From positions 13,160 to 77,159 of the forward strand of contig JADFZK010000001.1 of NCBI GenBank assembly GCA_015232565.1: DNA of 64,000 nt. The letters are read 5' to 3'. Shown one piece after another: positions 1 through 9,800 of this stretch. Under the pieces are notes generated by a model. It was not told the origin of the DNA. It saw only the letters and a program-made list of their open reading frames with translations, and ran no database searches. The position numbers were made by a program, and so were the translations under genes. The stretch's first letter is position 1. Every line of letters begins with the position of its first letter. The DNA comes from Candidatus Omnitrophota bacterium (GTDB lineage Bacteria; Omnitrophota; Gorgyraeia; Zapsychrales; Fredricksoniimonadaceae).

Positions 1-360
1 AAGGCGGATAAAGACTCTCATAATATGAATGTTTACTGCAATAGCGCGTTCACTGTTGAGCACACTGGAGAGCATGGCAACGCCTTGTTCAGTGAATGCA
101 AGCGGGCGGTGAGAAGAATGTTTTAATGATTTGAACCTATCGCAATTTGCGATGAGTTCGGCGTTCTCCCGGTGAGTTAGTCTAAACATAAAGTCGATCG
201 GGAAGCGGGCTTGGTTGCGCTTGACCTGCTCATTCAAGCGGTAAGTTGGAACGTTGTAAAGCATGGCCAGGTCGCGGTCGAGCATGACCTTCCTGCCGCG
301 GATAAGTATTATCTTTTGTTCGATTCGCTCGGTGATTAGTATTGCAGAAGTAGATCTCAT
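1..360 (-). CDS. ORF6N domain DNA-binding protein (partial, runs off left edge)
   Basis: Manual translation from ATG at 360: MRSTSAILITERIEQKIILIRGRKVMLDRDLAMLYNVPTYRLNEQVKRNQARFPIDFMFRLT...PLAFTEQGVAMLSSVLNSERAIAVNIHIMRVF, the ORF6N signature. Not in the ORF track because it is truncated. Confidence 0.9.
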   Translation of the reverse strand, partial: MRSTSAILITERIEQKIILIRGRKVMLDRDLAMLYNVPTYRLNEQVKRNQARFPIDFMFRLTHRENAELIANCDRFKSLKHSSHRPLAFTEQGVAMLSSVLNSERAIAVNIHIMRVFIRL

Positions 361-376
361 AATGACTCCGTTATTG

Positions 377-1906
377 TTAAATGCTTGTTTTATCCAAACA
401 CCGATAGCCGATCGCTTCGGCCAGATGTTCAACCCGGATGTTCTCACTGCCGGCCAGGTCGCTGATGGTGCGGGCGATCTTGAGGAGTTTGTCATGTACC
501 CGCGCCGAGAGGCCGAGTGTATCTATGGCCTCGTTAAGCAGGCGCCGGCCTTCCGGGGCGAGCGCACAGAATTTCTTAAGGTGCCCGGAGGCCATTTGCG
601 CGTTGGCAAATACTTTGCTGTGCTTAAAGCGTTCCGACTGCCGGGCCCGGGCTTTGGCTGTGCGCTCACGTACCACGGCCGAGCTCTCGCCGTCGGGGGC
701 GCTGCTCAGTTCGCGCGCGGTCAGGGCCGGCACCTGCAAATGCAGGTCGATCCGCTCGAGTAAGGGCCCGGAGATCCGGCCCATGTAGCGGGCAATATCG
801 GCCGGGGCACAGCGGCATTTGCGGCCGGAATTCATTAAATGCCCGCACGGGCAGGGGTTCATGGCCGCCACCAACATAAAGCGCGACGGGAAACGCAAGG
901 TGCGTGCGGCGCGGGCCACTGTAACAAAATGGTCTTCCATCGGCTGGCGCAGGCTTTCCAGGGTGCGGCGCGAGAACTCCGGCAGTTCATCGAGGAACAA
1001 AATGCCGTTATGGGCCAGGGTCACTTCGCCGGGTTTCGGATCGGTGCCGCCGCCTACCAGGGCAATGTGCGAAGCGGTATGATGCGGTGAGCGCAGCGGC
1101 CTTTCGCGGGCCAGGGTGTCAAGGGCGCGGCCGCAGGTGCGGGAAACGGAATATATCCGGGTGACCTCCAGTGCTTCTTCCATGGCCATGGGCGGGAGGA
1201 TGGTCGGCATGCGCCGGGCGAGCATGGTCTTACCTCCACCGGGCGGGCCGATCAAAAGAATGTTATGGCCGCCGGCCGCGGCTACTTCCAGTCCGCGTTT
1301 GGCGTGGGTCTGCCCTTTTACTTCTGCCAGGTCAAGCTGCTCTTCCAGTGATTCAGTCGCTTCTTCCGGTGCCGGCTGAAAAGCGCGGGTGTCGTTGGGC
1401 TCGGTCAGAAAATTCACGGCCTCGGTCAGACTGCCGAAAGGGAATATCGGCACGGTACCGGCCAAAGCGCTTTCTTTGGAGTTCCCCTGGGGCACGATCA
1501 GCCCGCGCAAAGCGCGGTTGGCGCAAGCCAGGGCCGCTGGCAGGGCGCCGGCGGCCGGCAGGATCTTGCCGCTTAAAGAAAGTTCGCCCAGGAAAGCAAA
1601 ACGCGCCAGTTCGGGGAAAACGATCTTCTCGGCGGCGGCCAGGATTCCGAAGGCGATCGGCAGGTCGAAAGCCGGGCCTTCTTTTTTGGTGTCGGCCGGG
1701 GAAAGGTTGACGGTTATCCGGCCGCAGGGAAAATCGAACCCCGCGTTCTTGATGGCCGAGCGCACCCGTTCCTTGCTTTCCCTTATTGCGCTGTCGGGCA
1801 GGCCGACGATCTGCATGGACGGCAGTCCGCGCGCCACGTCTACCTCGATCGTCACCGGATAAGCTTCTATTCCGTTTATTCCAAAACCATGGATCCTGGC
1901 AAGCAT
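377..1906 (-). CDS. comM: YifB/ComM family Mg-chelatase-like AAA+ ATPase
   Basis: IVGLPDSAIRESKERVRSA, KKEGPAFDLPIA, Walker A GPPGGGKT, LFLDELPEF, AAMNPCPCG, ISGPLLERID. Start placed at MLARIHG (1906) behind an AAGGGGG RBS. Confidence 0.93.
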   Translation of the reverse strand: MLARIHGFGINGIEAYPVTIEVDVARGLPSMQIVGLPDSAIRESKERVRSAIKNAGFDFPCGRITVNLSPADTKKEGPAFDLPIAFGILAAAEKIVFPELARFAFLGELSLSGKILPAAGALPAALACANRALRGLIVPQGNSKESALAGTVPIFPFGSLTEAVNFLTEPNDTRAFQPAPEEATESLEEQLDLAEVKGQTHAKRGLEVAAAGGHNILLIGPPGGGKTMLARRMPTILPPMAMEEALEVTRIYSVSRTCGRALDTLARERPLRSPHHTASHIALVGGGTDPKPGEVTLAHNGILFLDELPEFSRRTLESLRQPMEDHFVTVARAARTLRFPSRFMLVAAMNPCPCGHLMNSGRKCRCAPADIARYMGRISGPLLERIDLHLQVPALTARELSSAPDGESSAVVRERTAKARARQSERFKHSKVFANAQMASGHLKKFCALAPEGRRLLNEAIDTLGLSARVHDKLLKIARTISDLAGSENIRVEHLAEAIGYRCLDKTSI

Positions 1907-2190
1907 ACAACCCCCTTTAGTTGAAAGGAGAAAACTGCGGCCGCCCGGCAAAATGACCGGTGGCCAAAGGTTTTCCTTCGGAAATAAAGGGGGCGTGTTT
2001 TATAAGGACGTGCACTTCTTGCGGCTATTTGGCTCGGAACCACGCTAAAATTAACACGCCGGGCCGAATAATACAATATTTAATTAGCAGTGCATAAGGC
2101 AATTTCTGTCATTGTGACAGGTGATGCCTGGCGGCTTGCATTGTTCGTGGCGCATTAAGATCGGGTAATGTCTTTGTAGTTAGCCCTGCC

Positions 2191-2218
2191 TTGACACTCG
2201 CCGTCCGGGTGTTATACT
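2191..2218 (+). promoter_or_regulatory. sigma70-type promoter of first DUF4160/DUF2442 pair
   Basis: TTGACA (2191-2196), 16 nt spacer, TGn-TATACT (2213-2218); ATG 10 nt downstream. Confidence 0.7.
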
Positions 2219-2228
2219 TTTTGCAGAT

Positions 2229-2465
2229 ATGCCGACCATTTTGATCGTAGGAGCTTACAGATTCTTCTTTTATTCCAGTGATGCGGGCGAACCGCTGCAC
2301 ATTCATGTTCAGTCAGGGAGTGCGTCTGCCAAATTCTGGGTTGAGCCAGCTCGTTTGCAGTCGTCCAAGGGGTTTACTGAAAGGCAGTTGCGTGACATTC
2401 TGAAGATCATTGAGAAACATACAGCTCTCTTTGAAAGGAAATGGCATGAATACTTTAATTCTTGA
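2229..2465 (+). CDS. DUF4160 domain protein (putative TA component)
   Basis: MPTILIVGAYRFFFYSSDAGEPLHIHVQ...AKFW...WHEYF; overlaps the downstream DUF2442 gene. Confidence 0.88.
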   Translation: MPTILIVGAYRFFFYSSDAGEPLHIHVQSGSASAKFWVEPARLQSSKGFTERQLRDILKIIEKHTALFERKWHEYFNS

Positions 2466-2742
2466 GCATGAACATTTGGCCACGGGTCTTTCTTTTTCGG
2501 AAGATTCGTTCGCGGTTAATCTTAATGACGGGCGTTGCATTACTGTGCCCTTGATCTGGTATCCCAGGTTACTGGCGGGCGCAAAGCAGGAGCGCGAACA
2601 ATACGAGTTTATTGGCGGAGGCGAAGGGATCCACTGGCCCAAGCTTGATGAGGATATTCTTGTAGACAGTCTACTGTCAGGACTTCCTTCGCAAGAAAGT
2701 CAGAGCTCACTCAAGAAATGGCTTCAAAAACGCCGTAAATGA
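2446..2742 (+). CDS. DUF2442 domain protein (putative TA component)
   Basis: LNDGRCITVPLIWYPRLL...GGGEGIHWPKLDEDI; start at MNTLIL (2446). Confidence 0.88.
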   Translation: MNTLILEHEHLATGLSFSEDSFAVNLNDGRCITVPLIWYPRLLAGAKQEREQYEFIGGGEGIHWPKLDEDILVDSLLSGLPSQESQSSLKKWLQKRRK

Positions 2743-2784
2743 AGCCCTGCCTGCGCCCTCGATAGGGGTAACCAGCTCTATTAC

Positions 2785-2822
2785 TCTTCAAGTGTCAAGA
2801 AGCGTTAGAGACACTCCGCCAG
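2785..2822 (+). repeat. Degenerate copy of the right end of the element at 6555-6693 (IS630-like end remnant)
   Basis: ctcttcaagtgtcaagaagcgttagagacactccgccag versus ctcttcaaatgtaaagaagcgttagagacactacactag at about 6655-6693. Confidence 0.7.
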
Positions 2823-2914
2823 GCAATTCTCCTTGTTGTTTCTGAATCGCGTTTGCATTGACTGTTTTGCATCAAGGCGCCAAAAGTACAACCTGAATGC
2901 GAAACACGAACAGC

Positions 2915-2942
2915 TTGCTTTTTCTTCTTCCCTCAATATAAT
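2915..2942 (+). promoter_or_regulatory. sigma70-type promoter of the DUF212-ldt-accA-rlmN operon
   Basis: TTGCTT (2915-2920), 16 nt spacer, TATAAT (2937-2942); ATG 12 nt downstream. Confidence 0.6.
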
Positions 2943-2954
2943 AGACTCACTTTT

Positions 2955-3416
2955 ATGCGCAACCTGGACTTTTTCGCAATAATATCGCAATTTTCCCACA
3001 ATCGTATCCTGTGGGTCACTGTCCTGGTGTGGATCACCGGCCAGGGCATCAAGATCGTCACCAATCTGTTGAGCGGGCGGCGGTTCAACTTTCGCTGGCT
3101 TATCCGCACCGGCGGCATGCCGTCCAGCCACGCGGCGGGAGTAACGGCTTTGTCGGTGTGTTGCGGCATGGAATACGGCTTTCATTCCGGGATGTTCGCT
3201 TTGGCCGCTATTTTCGCCATGGTCACCATGTTCGACGCCCAGGGCGTGCGCCGTTCGGCCGGTGAGCAGGCCGAGGTGCTCAACAAGGTTATCGATGATA
3301 TGTACTGGCACAAGAAGGTGGATGTGGGCCGTATTCGCGAGTTTGTGGGCCATTCGCCAATACAGGTTCTGGCCGGCCTGATCCTGGGTTTGGGGATGGC
3401 GGTACTTTTGTTTTAA
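2955..3416 (+). CDS. Divergent PAP2 family membrane protein (DUF212)
   Basis: TGGMPSSHAAGV, MFDAQGVRRSAGEQAEVLN, EFVGHSPIQVLAG. Confidence 0.9.
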   Translation: MRNLDFFAIISQFSHNRILWVTVLVWITGQGIKIVTNLLSGRRFNFRWLIRTGGMPSSHAAGVTALSVCCGMEYGFHSGMFALAAIFAMVTMFDAQGVRRSAGEQAEVLNKVIDDMYWHKKVDVGRIREFVGHSPIQVLAGLILGLGMAVLLF

Positions 3417-3428
3417 TCGGGGGGCGTT

Positions 3429-4223
3429 ATGAACAAAATAATGATGAGTTGGTTCTTGATCCTGGGCGTGGTGTTGGCCGGTTGCAGTAAGGCGGATGGC
3501 ACTGCGGCCAAAGCGCCGGTGGTTCCCGCTGAAGAAGCGTACAAACAGGCCCAGTCCTTACTGGCCGAGGGCAAGGTTCTGGACGCCAAGGCGGCTTTTG
3601 AACAATTGACCGCCGAACATCCGGACTACAAGAATATCGAGCAGGCGCAAAAAGACCTTTACGACCTGAACATGAAGATCATATTCTCGGATATCGTTAC
3701 CCCCAATGCGGTCATCCATGAGGTCGTGGCCGGCGACACCCTGGGCAAGATCTGCAAGAAGTACAACGTGAATATGGACCTGGTAAAGATCTCCAATGGC
3801 ATGAAGAACGAGGTGGTGCGCCTGGGCCAGAAACTGCGGATCTGGACCGGCAAGTTCAATGTTTACGTTGATAAGTCCCAGAACATCCTGATGCTCAAGA
3901 GCGGCGAAGAGGTCGTGAAAGTTTACAATGTGTCTACCGGAGCCAACAATTCAACTCCGGTGGGCGTTTTCAAGATCACTACCCGCCTGGAGAATCCGGT
4001 GTGGTTCAAGGCCGGCGCGGTCATACCTCCGGAAAGCCCGGAGAACGTGCTGGGCACCCGCTGGATGGGTTTCGACAAGGAAGGTTATGGCATACATGGC
4101 ACGGTTGCGCCCGACAAGATCGGCCAGCAGGTAACGGCCGGCTGTATCCGGATGCGTAATGAGGAAGTGGAAGAGCTTTACAAGTTGTTGCCGCGCGGCA
4201 CCGAAGTGACTATTGTTGATTAA
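3429..4223 (+). CDS. L,D-transpeptidase lipoprotein (LysM + YkuD)
   Basis: Lipobox LAGC, LysM HEVVAGDTLGKI...LGQKLRI, catalytic YGIHGT...TAGCIRM. Confidence 0.9.
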   Translation: MNKIMMSWFLILGVVLAGCSKADGTAAKAPVVPAEEAYKQAQSLLAEGKVLDAKAAFEQLTAEHPDYKNIEQAQKDLYDLNMKIIFSDIVTPNAVIHEVVAGDTLGKICKKYNVNMDLVKISNGMKNEVVRLGQKLRIWTGKFNVYVDKSQNILMLKSGEEVVKVYNVSTGANNSTPVGVFKITTRLENPVWFKAGAVIPPESPENVLGTRWMGFDKEGYGIHGTVAPDKIGQQVTAGCIRMRNEEVEELYKLLPRGTEVTIVD

Positions 4224-4243
4224 AGATACCCCAGAGGTTTAAA

Positions 4244-5200
4244 ATGAGTTCCATGCAATTTGAGAAGCCTATTGAAGATATTCAGAACAAGATCGCGGAA
4301 CTGCGCAAGCTTTCCAACGGGCATCCGGACTTCACCGCCGAGATCCAGAAACTGGAGCAAAAAATGGGTTCAGTGCGCGAGAAAGTTTACAGCACTCTTA
4401 CCGCCTGGCAGAGGATCCAGATCGCCCGGCATCCCAAACGTCCGTACACCCTGGATTATATCGACCTGATGATGACCGATTTCGTGGAGATCCATGGCGA
4501 CCGGCTTTTTGCCGATGATTTCGCCATGATCACCGGCTTTGCCAGGATCGACGACGATATGGTGGTGGTCATTGGCCAGCAGAAGGGGCGTGATACTTCC
4601 GAGAATGTGAAGCGTAATTTCGGGTGTGCGCATCCCGAAGGGTATCGTAAGGCTATGCGCGCCATGCGTCTGGCCGAGAAATTCGGTCTGCCGGTGGTGG
4701 TTTTTATTGACACGCCCGGGGCTTATCCCGGGATCGGCGCCGAGGAGCGCGGCCAGGCCCAGGCGATCGCCGAGAACCTGCGCGATATGGCGGGGCTCAA
4801 GACGCCGATCATCGCCACGGTAATTGGCGAGGGCGGCAGTGGCGGCGCTTTGGGCGTGGGCGTGGCGGATTACGTGATGATCCTGCAGAACTCATATTAT
4901 TCGGTCATTTCTCCCGAAGGTTGCGCTTCCATCCTGTGGCGCAGCGCCACCAAAGCCCCGGAGGCTTCCGAAGCGCTTAAGCTTACCGGCGAGCATTTGA
5001 TAAAATTTGGCATTGTTGACGAGATCATCCCCGAGCCGCTGGGCGGCGCGCATAACGACCCCCAGCAGGTGGTTACCCTGCTCAAGGCCGCTATCCGCAA
5101 GCAGTTAAAGCGCCTGGCCGGCCTTAAGGAAAAAGAACTGCTCGACGCGCGCTACGAAAAGTTCCGCGCTATCGGCAAGTTCACCACCGTTAAGTCCTGA
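4244..5200 (+). CDS. accA: Acetyl-CoA carboxylase carboxyltransferase alpha subunit
   Basis: ARHPKRPYTLDYI, EIHGDRLFADD, FIDTPGAYPGIGAEERGQ, GEGGSGGAL, YSVISPEGCASILW. Confidence 0.97.
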   Translation: MSSMQFEKPIEDIQNKIAELRKLSNGHPDFTAEIQKLEQKMGSVREKVYSTLTAWQRIQIARHPKRPYTLDYIDLMMTDFVEIHGDRLFADDFAMITGFARIDDDMVVVIGQQKGRDTSENVKRNFGCAHPEGYRKAMRAMRLAEKFGLPVVVFIDTPGAYPGIGAEERGQAQAIAENLRDMAGLKTPIIATVIGEGGSGGALGVGVADYVMILQNSYYSVISPEGCASILWRSATKAPEASEALKLTGEHLIKFGIVDEIIPEPLGGAHNDPQQVVTLLKAAIRKQLKRLAGLKEKELLDARYEKFRAIGKFTTVKS

Positions 5201-5222
5201 GAGCCTTGTTCTAATTCAATTT

Positions 5223-6308
5223 ATGGTTAACCGGGAGCCGGAAAAGAGCGAGATCAGGGATTTGTCTTTCGAGGAACTCGCCAGCTACCTTGAAAGCATC
5301 AAGGAACCACCTTTCCGGGCCGGGCAGGTTTTTAAATGGCTTTATGAGCAGGGCGTGTGGTCTTTCGCGGACATGAAAAACCTCTCCCAGGGGTTGCGGT
5401 CCCGGCTGGATCAGGACTTCATTCTTAAGCCCAACACTGTTGCGAGCCAGGTCACTTCCCGGGACGGCACCACCAAATTTCTTTTTGATCTCGCTGACCA
5501 CCAGAAAATTGAAACGGTCCTTATTCCCACCGCAGAACGGGTAACGGCTTGTATCTCAACCCAGGCGGGCTGTAAATTCGGCTGTAAGTTTTGTGCCAGC
5601 GGCCTGGGCGGCTGGGAGAGGAATTTAACCAGCGCCGAGATCCTGGACCAGGTTTTACATGTCCGGGGAGTGGTGCGGGGCTTACCACCAGAGGCAAATA
5701 AACGGGAACGGCGGTTGTCGCACATTGTTTTCATGGGGACGGGCGAGCCGCTCGATAACCTGGCCAATGTCCTGAAAGCTATCCGCATTATCAATTCCCC
5801 GCAGGGCCTGAACATCGCCGCCCGGCACATTACTATTTCGACTGTCGGGCTTATACCTAAATTCAAGGAGCTGGCTGAGCAGGGCATTCAGTTCGAGCTG
5901 GCTGTTTCCCTGCACGGTTACGACGACGCTTCCCGCAATGTGCTTATGCCCATCAATAAACAGTATCCGATCAAAGAGCTTATTGCCGCGTGCCGTGAAT
6001 ACATTAAAAGAACCAATCGTCAGGTGACTTTTGAGTACATTCTTATTGCAGGCTTAACCTGCACGGATAAGGCCGCCAGAGAGCTGGGCCGGCTTTTACG
6101 CGGCATGATATGCAAGCTTAATCTCATTCCCTGCAATCCTGTTTCCGAATTCGGCCATCAACCTCCCACCAAAGAACAGATCCGGGCTTTCACGAACGGC
6201 CTGGATGCCGTGGGCGTGCATTACACCCTGCGCCGTCCCCGCGGCCAGGACGTCGCCGCCGCCTGCGGGCAGTTGCGTGCTCTGGCCCGGAAAAGCGTTA
6301 ACACCTAG
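5223..6308 (+). CDS. rlmN: Dual-specificity RNA methyltransferase RlmN (radical SAM)
   Basis: CISTQAGCKFGCKFCASG, IVFMGTGEPLDN, FEYILI, AACGQL. Confidence 0.95.
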   Translation: MVNREPEKSEIRDLSFEELASYLESIKEPPFRAGQVFKWLYEQGVWSFADMKNLSQGLRSRLDQDFILKPNTVASQVTSRDGTTKFLFDLADHQKIETVLIPTAERVTACISTQAGCKFGCKFCASGLGGWERNLTSAEILDQVLHVRGVVRGLPPEANKRERRLSHIVFMGTGEPLDNLANVLKAIRIINSPQGLNIAARHITISTVGLIPKFKELAEQGIQFELAVSLHGYDDASRNVLMPINKQYPIKELIAACREYIKRTNRQVTFEYILIAGLTCTDKAARELGRLLRGMICKLNLIPCNPVSEFGHQPPTKEQIRAFTNGLDAVGVHYTLRRPRGQDVAAACGQLRALARKSVNT

Positions 6309-6316
6309 TGCGGTGC

Positions 6317-6555
6317 GGCAAAGGTGAAGCCACTTCGGTCGCGGATGATCCTTTCCGCCGCGTTCATAGAATTTAGAACGTCGCTCCGGATAAACCAACC
6401 GTCATTTTAACATTCAGCGGGGATTGAGTCGGAAGGCAATAGTTGTAGAAGATCCTACGCGTTAGCCATATCCTCCGCGACGTTCTAAATTCATGAACGC
6501 TAATGTAAACACAGTGGCGGGGATCATATGCGAACGAAGCGGCTTCACCTTTGCC
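6317..6555. mobile_element. MITE-like long nested palindrome
   Basis: Perfect 15-bp terminal IR GGCAAAGGTGAAGCC (6317-6331 / 6541-6555) extending to about 35 bp with few mismatches; inner IR 6360-6384 / 6477-6500; flanked by imperfect direct repeat tagtgcggtgc / tagtgtggtga. Confidence 0.65.
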
Positions 6556-6693
6556 TAGTGTGGTGATTTATATATATCTTTACATTTGAATCACCACACT
6601 GGAGCAATGGAGCAATCGAAAATAGAGAAATAATAAAACATTTAGGCTCCATTGCTCTTCAAATGTAAAGAAGCGTTAGAGACACTACACTAG
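6555..6693. mobile_element. IS630-like MITE / transposon-end remnant
   Basis: Ends CTAGTGTGGTG and CACTACACTAG; internal perfect IRs 6577-6590/6658-6671 and 6602-6613/6646-6657; right end reads KCKEALETLH-stop, like IS630 transposase tails whose stop lies in the terminal ACACTAG. Confidence 0.55.
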
Positions 6694-6848
6694 TACCATC
6701 GATATCAATGCTATAATTGTGCAGCGATCAATCTTTTCAGTGGCGAAACTGGCAATAATGAATATAATGTGCTATATTTTCGTCATGTTCACATTCTTGG
6801 ACATTGGTGTCTGTTTAAATACGTAATAATCTAATAAGGAGTTGGGCG

Positions 6849-9800
6849 ATGAATGTTAATCATTATAAGGGAACTGTTGTTTACCGTTCTATCTGCAGTT
6901 TGCTGATTCTTAGTTTTATTTTCTCCGCGGTTGTCCCGCCGCGGAGTGGGTGGGCCCAGACGGTTCTTAATTTGCCGGCGCCGGGCACCATGGTTATGGC
7001 CAGCCCGGCTTTTATGCCAGTGCTGATCAAGGGGCTCAAGGTTCATCCGGAAAATCCTTTACTGTTCGATTTTATTCTGGATACCGGTTCGACTAAGCTG
7101 GCAACCAATGAAAAGCCCGGCCTGGATGTGAATGGCCCTGAATTCAAGGCCGAGACCCAAAAGCTCATTAAATATTTTCTGGCTTCGCTCACTATTAAGG
7201 AAGACGACCTGTGGGTTAATCTTTCGCCTTTTGAGCGTGACCGCATGATCGCCGCAGACCTGGGCCAGACCGAACTGGGCCGCGATATGCTGGCGCAGGA
7301 TTATATGCTCAAGCAATTAACCGCGTCCATGATCTATCCCGAGAAAGAGCTGGGCCAGGCTTTCTGGGCCAAAGTTTATGCCCAGGCCCAGGAACAGTTT
7401 GGCACCACCGACGTGCCAGTGGACACTTTTAACAAAGTCTGGATCGTAGCCGATAAAGCCCAGGTAATGGAGCACAATAACGCAGCCTATGTAGTGGGTT
7501 CCCATTTAAAAGTAATGCTGGAAACAGATTATTTAGCGACGTCGACCAGTGCAATGCCAACCCGGGGACATGATGCCCCGCCAGCGGATACCAATGAGCG
7601 GGGCTTCGTGTCCCCCCGCCGGTTGCCAACCTCTCAACCAACGAATGTGAAAGCAACCCAGGTCTCAACCCCAACGCCAAACCCCACAAAAGTTCCAAAC
7701 GACATAAACGACACAAACAATACAAATGCGACAACCCCCGAAAACAACATCGCCAAAAACATCTTACGCGAGATCGTGCTCCCGATGATCGAGAAAGAAG
7801 TGAATGAAGGCCAGAATTTTGCCCCGTTGCGCCAGATGTTCTTCTCGATGATCATGGCTTCGTGGTACAAGCAGGCTTTAAAAGGCGCGCTTTTGAACCA
7901 GGTGTATACCAACAAAGCCAAAACTGGCGGGGTGCAGGTTGACGATCAGTCGGCCAAAGAAAAGATCTACGAACAATATCTTCAGGCGTATAAGAAAGGT
8001 GTATTTAACTACATTAAAGAAGATGCCGGGCTGGCGCTTAACCCCGGCGCGGATCCCGAGGCCCAACAGTCAATTCCCCGAAAGTATTTCTCCGGCGGGC
8101 TAATAGTAATGAAGAATTTTGCGGGCAAAGGTCCCACCATTGTGCCGTTTGACGGCGCCGCCGTCGTTAGGGACTTTAGTGCGGCTGTCAATGTGCGGGC
8201 CAGGATGGATCAGTCTCAGAGCATAGACCGTGAAACTTTGGAAAGTGTTCAGATCAGCTTAAATGAATTGATGGGAAAACCTGTTACTCGTGACGTATTG
8301 CAAAATGAACTTACGTCAAAAGCCCGTCTTTCTGGAGTGTCTGTGGATGATGGCATTATAAAAGGCGTAAAAGCAGGCACAATAGTAGTTCGCGAGTCGG
8401 GCATTGAGTATGGTTTTACGCAGGATGAATTGAACAAGCTTGCCGGAAACCCGAACCAGATGACTTTCACGGTTATGTTGTTGTCAAAAGGGAAGCTGGC
8501 GTCATTTTTGGTTGTTATACCCAGAGGCACGGCGGTGGATATTGCCACAATAGCTTTGGATGAAGCCTTCAAGAAGTATGATAATGCAAGAATGTCGCTG
8601 GAGCAAATACAGAGCGGTGGCCGTGGATATACTGAGGAGCAGCAAAAGCCGGGCAGGAAAAAAGATCAGGATCTTCAAGATGAGAGGGATAAGATGGCTG
8701 AGGGTTTAGCAGAAATGATTCCTAGAGTTAAAGTTGTTTTATCTTTGGGAGGCTCAGTTGCTTGGAACATTAGGGATATCGTCGGCGAAAAGGTAAAGCC
8801 TTATCTGTCATGCTTTGTAACGTTCACCCGGAAAGATGGGCGGGTTTATGACATTACGGTTAATGGGGAAAAAGTAGTTGTTCCAATTTCGAGGCACTTG
8901 CATCCATATTGGGGAAATTTAGTTGCCATGCATCCTGATTTACGCCCGCTGGAGCATGTAAAATTGAGCGTGGCGCTGGCTGGTTATGCTGTTACTGAGC
9001 ACGATATTAATGACATCACGACCGACGAGTCGCAGAAATCCTTAATAGATGCAGGTTACAATAAGCTGACGGAAGGCCAGTCGTTGAGGTTCGCTTTAAA
9101 ACCGGGGACAATGGGTATAATGCTGGATATTGAACGAAGTGGGAAGACCAGGCGGGAAAGAGTTTATTTGTCGGTTAATAACCATTACCAGTTAATTGTA
9201 GCGTCCGAGTTGATCGGAGGAGTGCGTCAGGTTACTTTGGATGCATATGGGTTTGTCGATTTGGATGCGCTTCTGGAATCGGATGTGAGTGTGGAAATCC
9301 AATGGAATAATGGCGAAATTGTTGTGCATAGTTCCCGGAGATCGGCAGATCCGCTCTTGGTTAAAAGAAGCGTGTTTTTCCCGGATAATAATTCTGGAGA
9401 ACAGGAAGTTATTGTTTCAAGCAGTAGTGGTAAATCTGAGCGGACAATTATTAACGATGATTTCCGGGAAGGCAAGGGTAATGAATACCAGGTGAACGGT
9501 GCAAAAGTGCTTCTCGTGTCTAGTGGTTCAAATCCGGATAAACGACATGTTGTAGTAAGCGCGTTCGCAGACGTTAAGCCGGGTTCAGGTCAGGAATTTA
9601 CTGTTCAACTTGTTGATCCTTCCATGCAAACCTGGGAGTCGCTGGCTCTCGAGATCCGCGCGCAATTTCTTGCCGCCCTCAAGAGCGATCTGGAGCGCGC
9701 GCTACCAGGTGATATTACGAACATTGGGTTGAGAGGACGTTATGATTACGAAGGCTATGGTATAGCGTTTCCAGCTATTGCTAAGCTTATCCAAGAAGGA

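Noticed and set aside
263-1910. Several overlapping ORFs on both strands within comM
   Set aside because: Shadow frames of a GC-rich gene with no motifs.
6305-6693. CRISPR array or tRNA/known riboswitch
   Set aside because: The repeats are inverted rather than spaced direct repeats; no cas genes, cloverleaf or recognisable riboswitch consensus.
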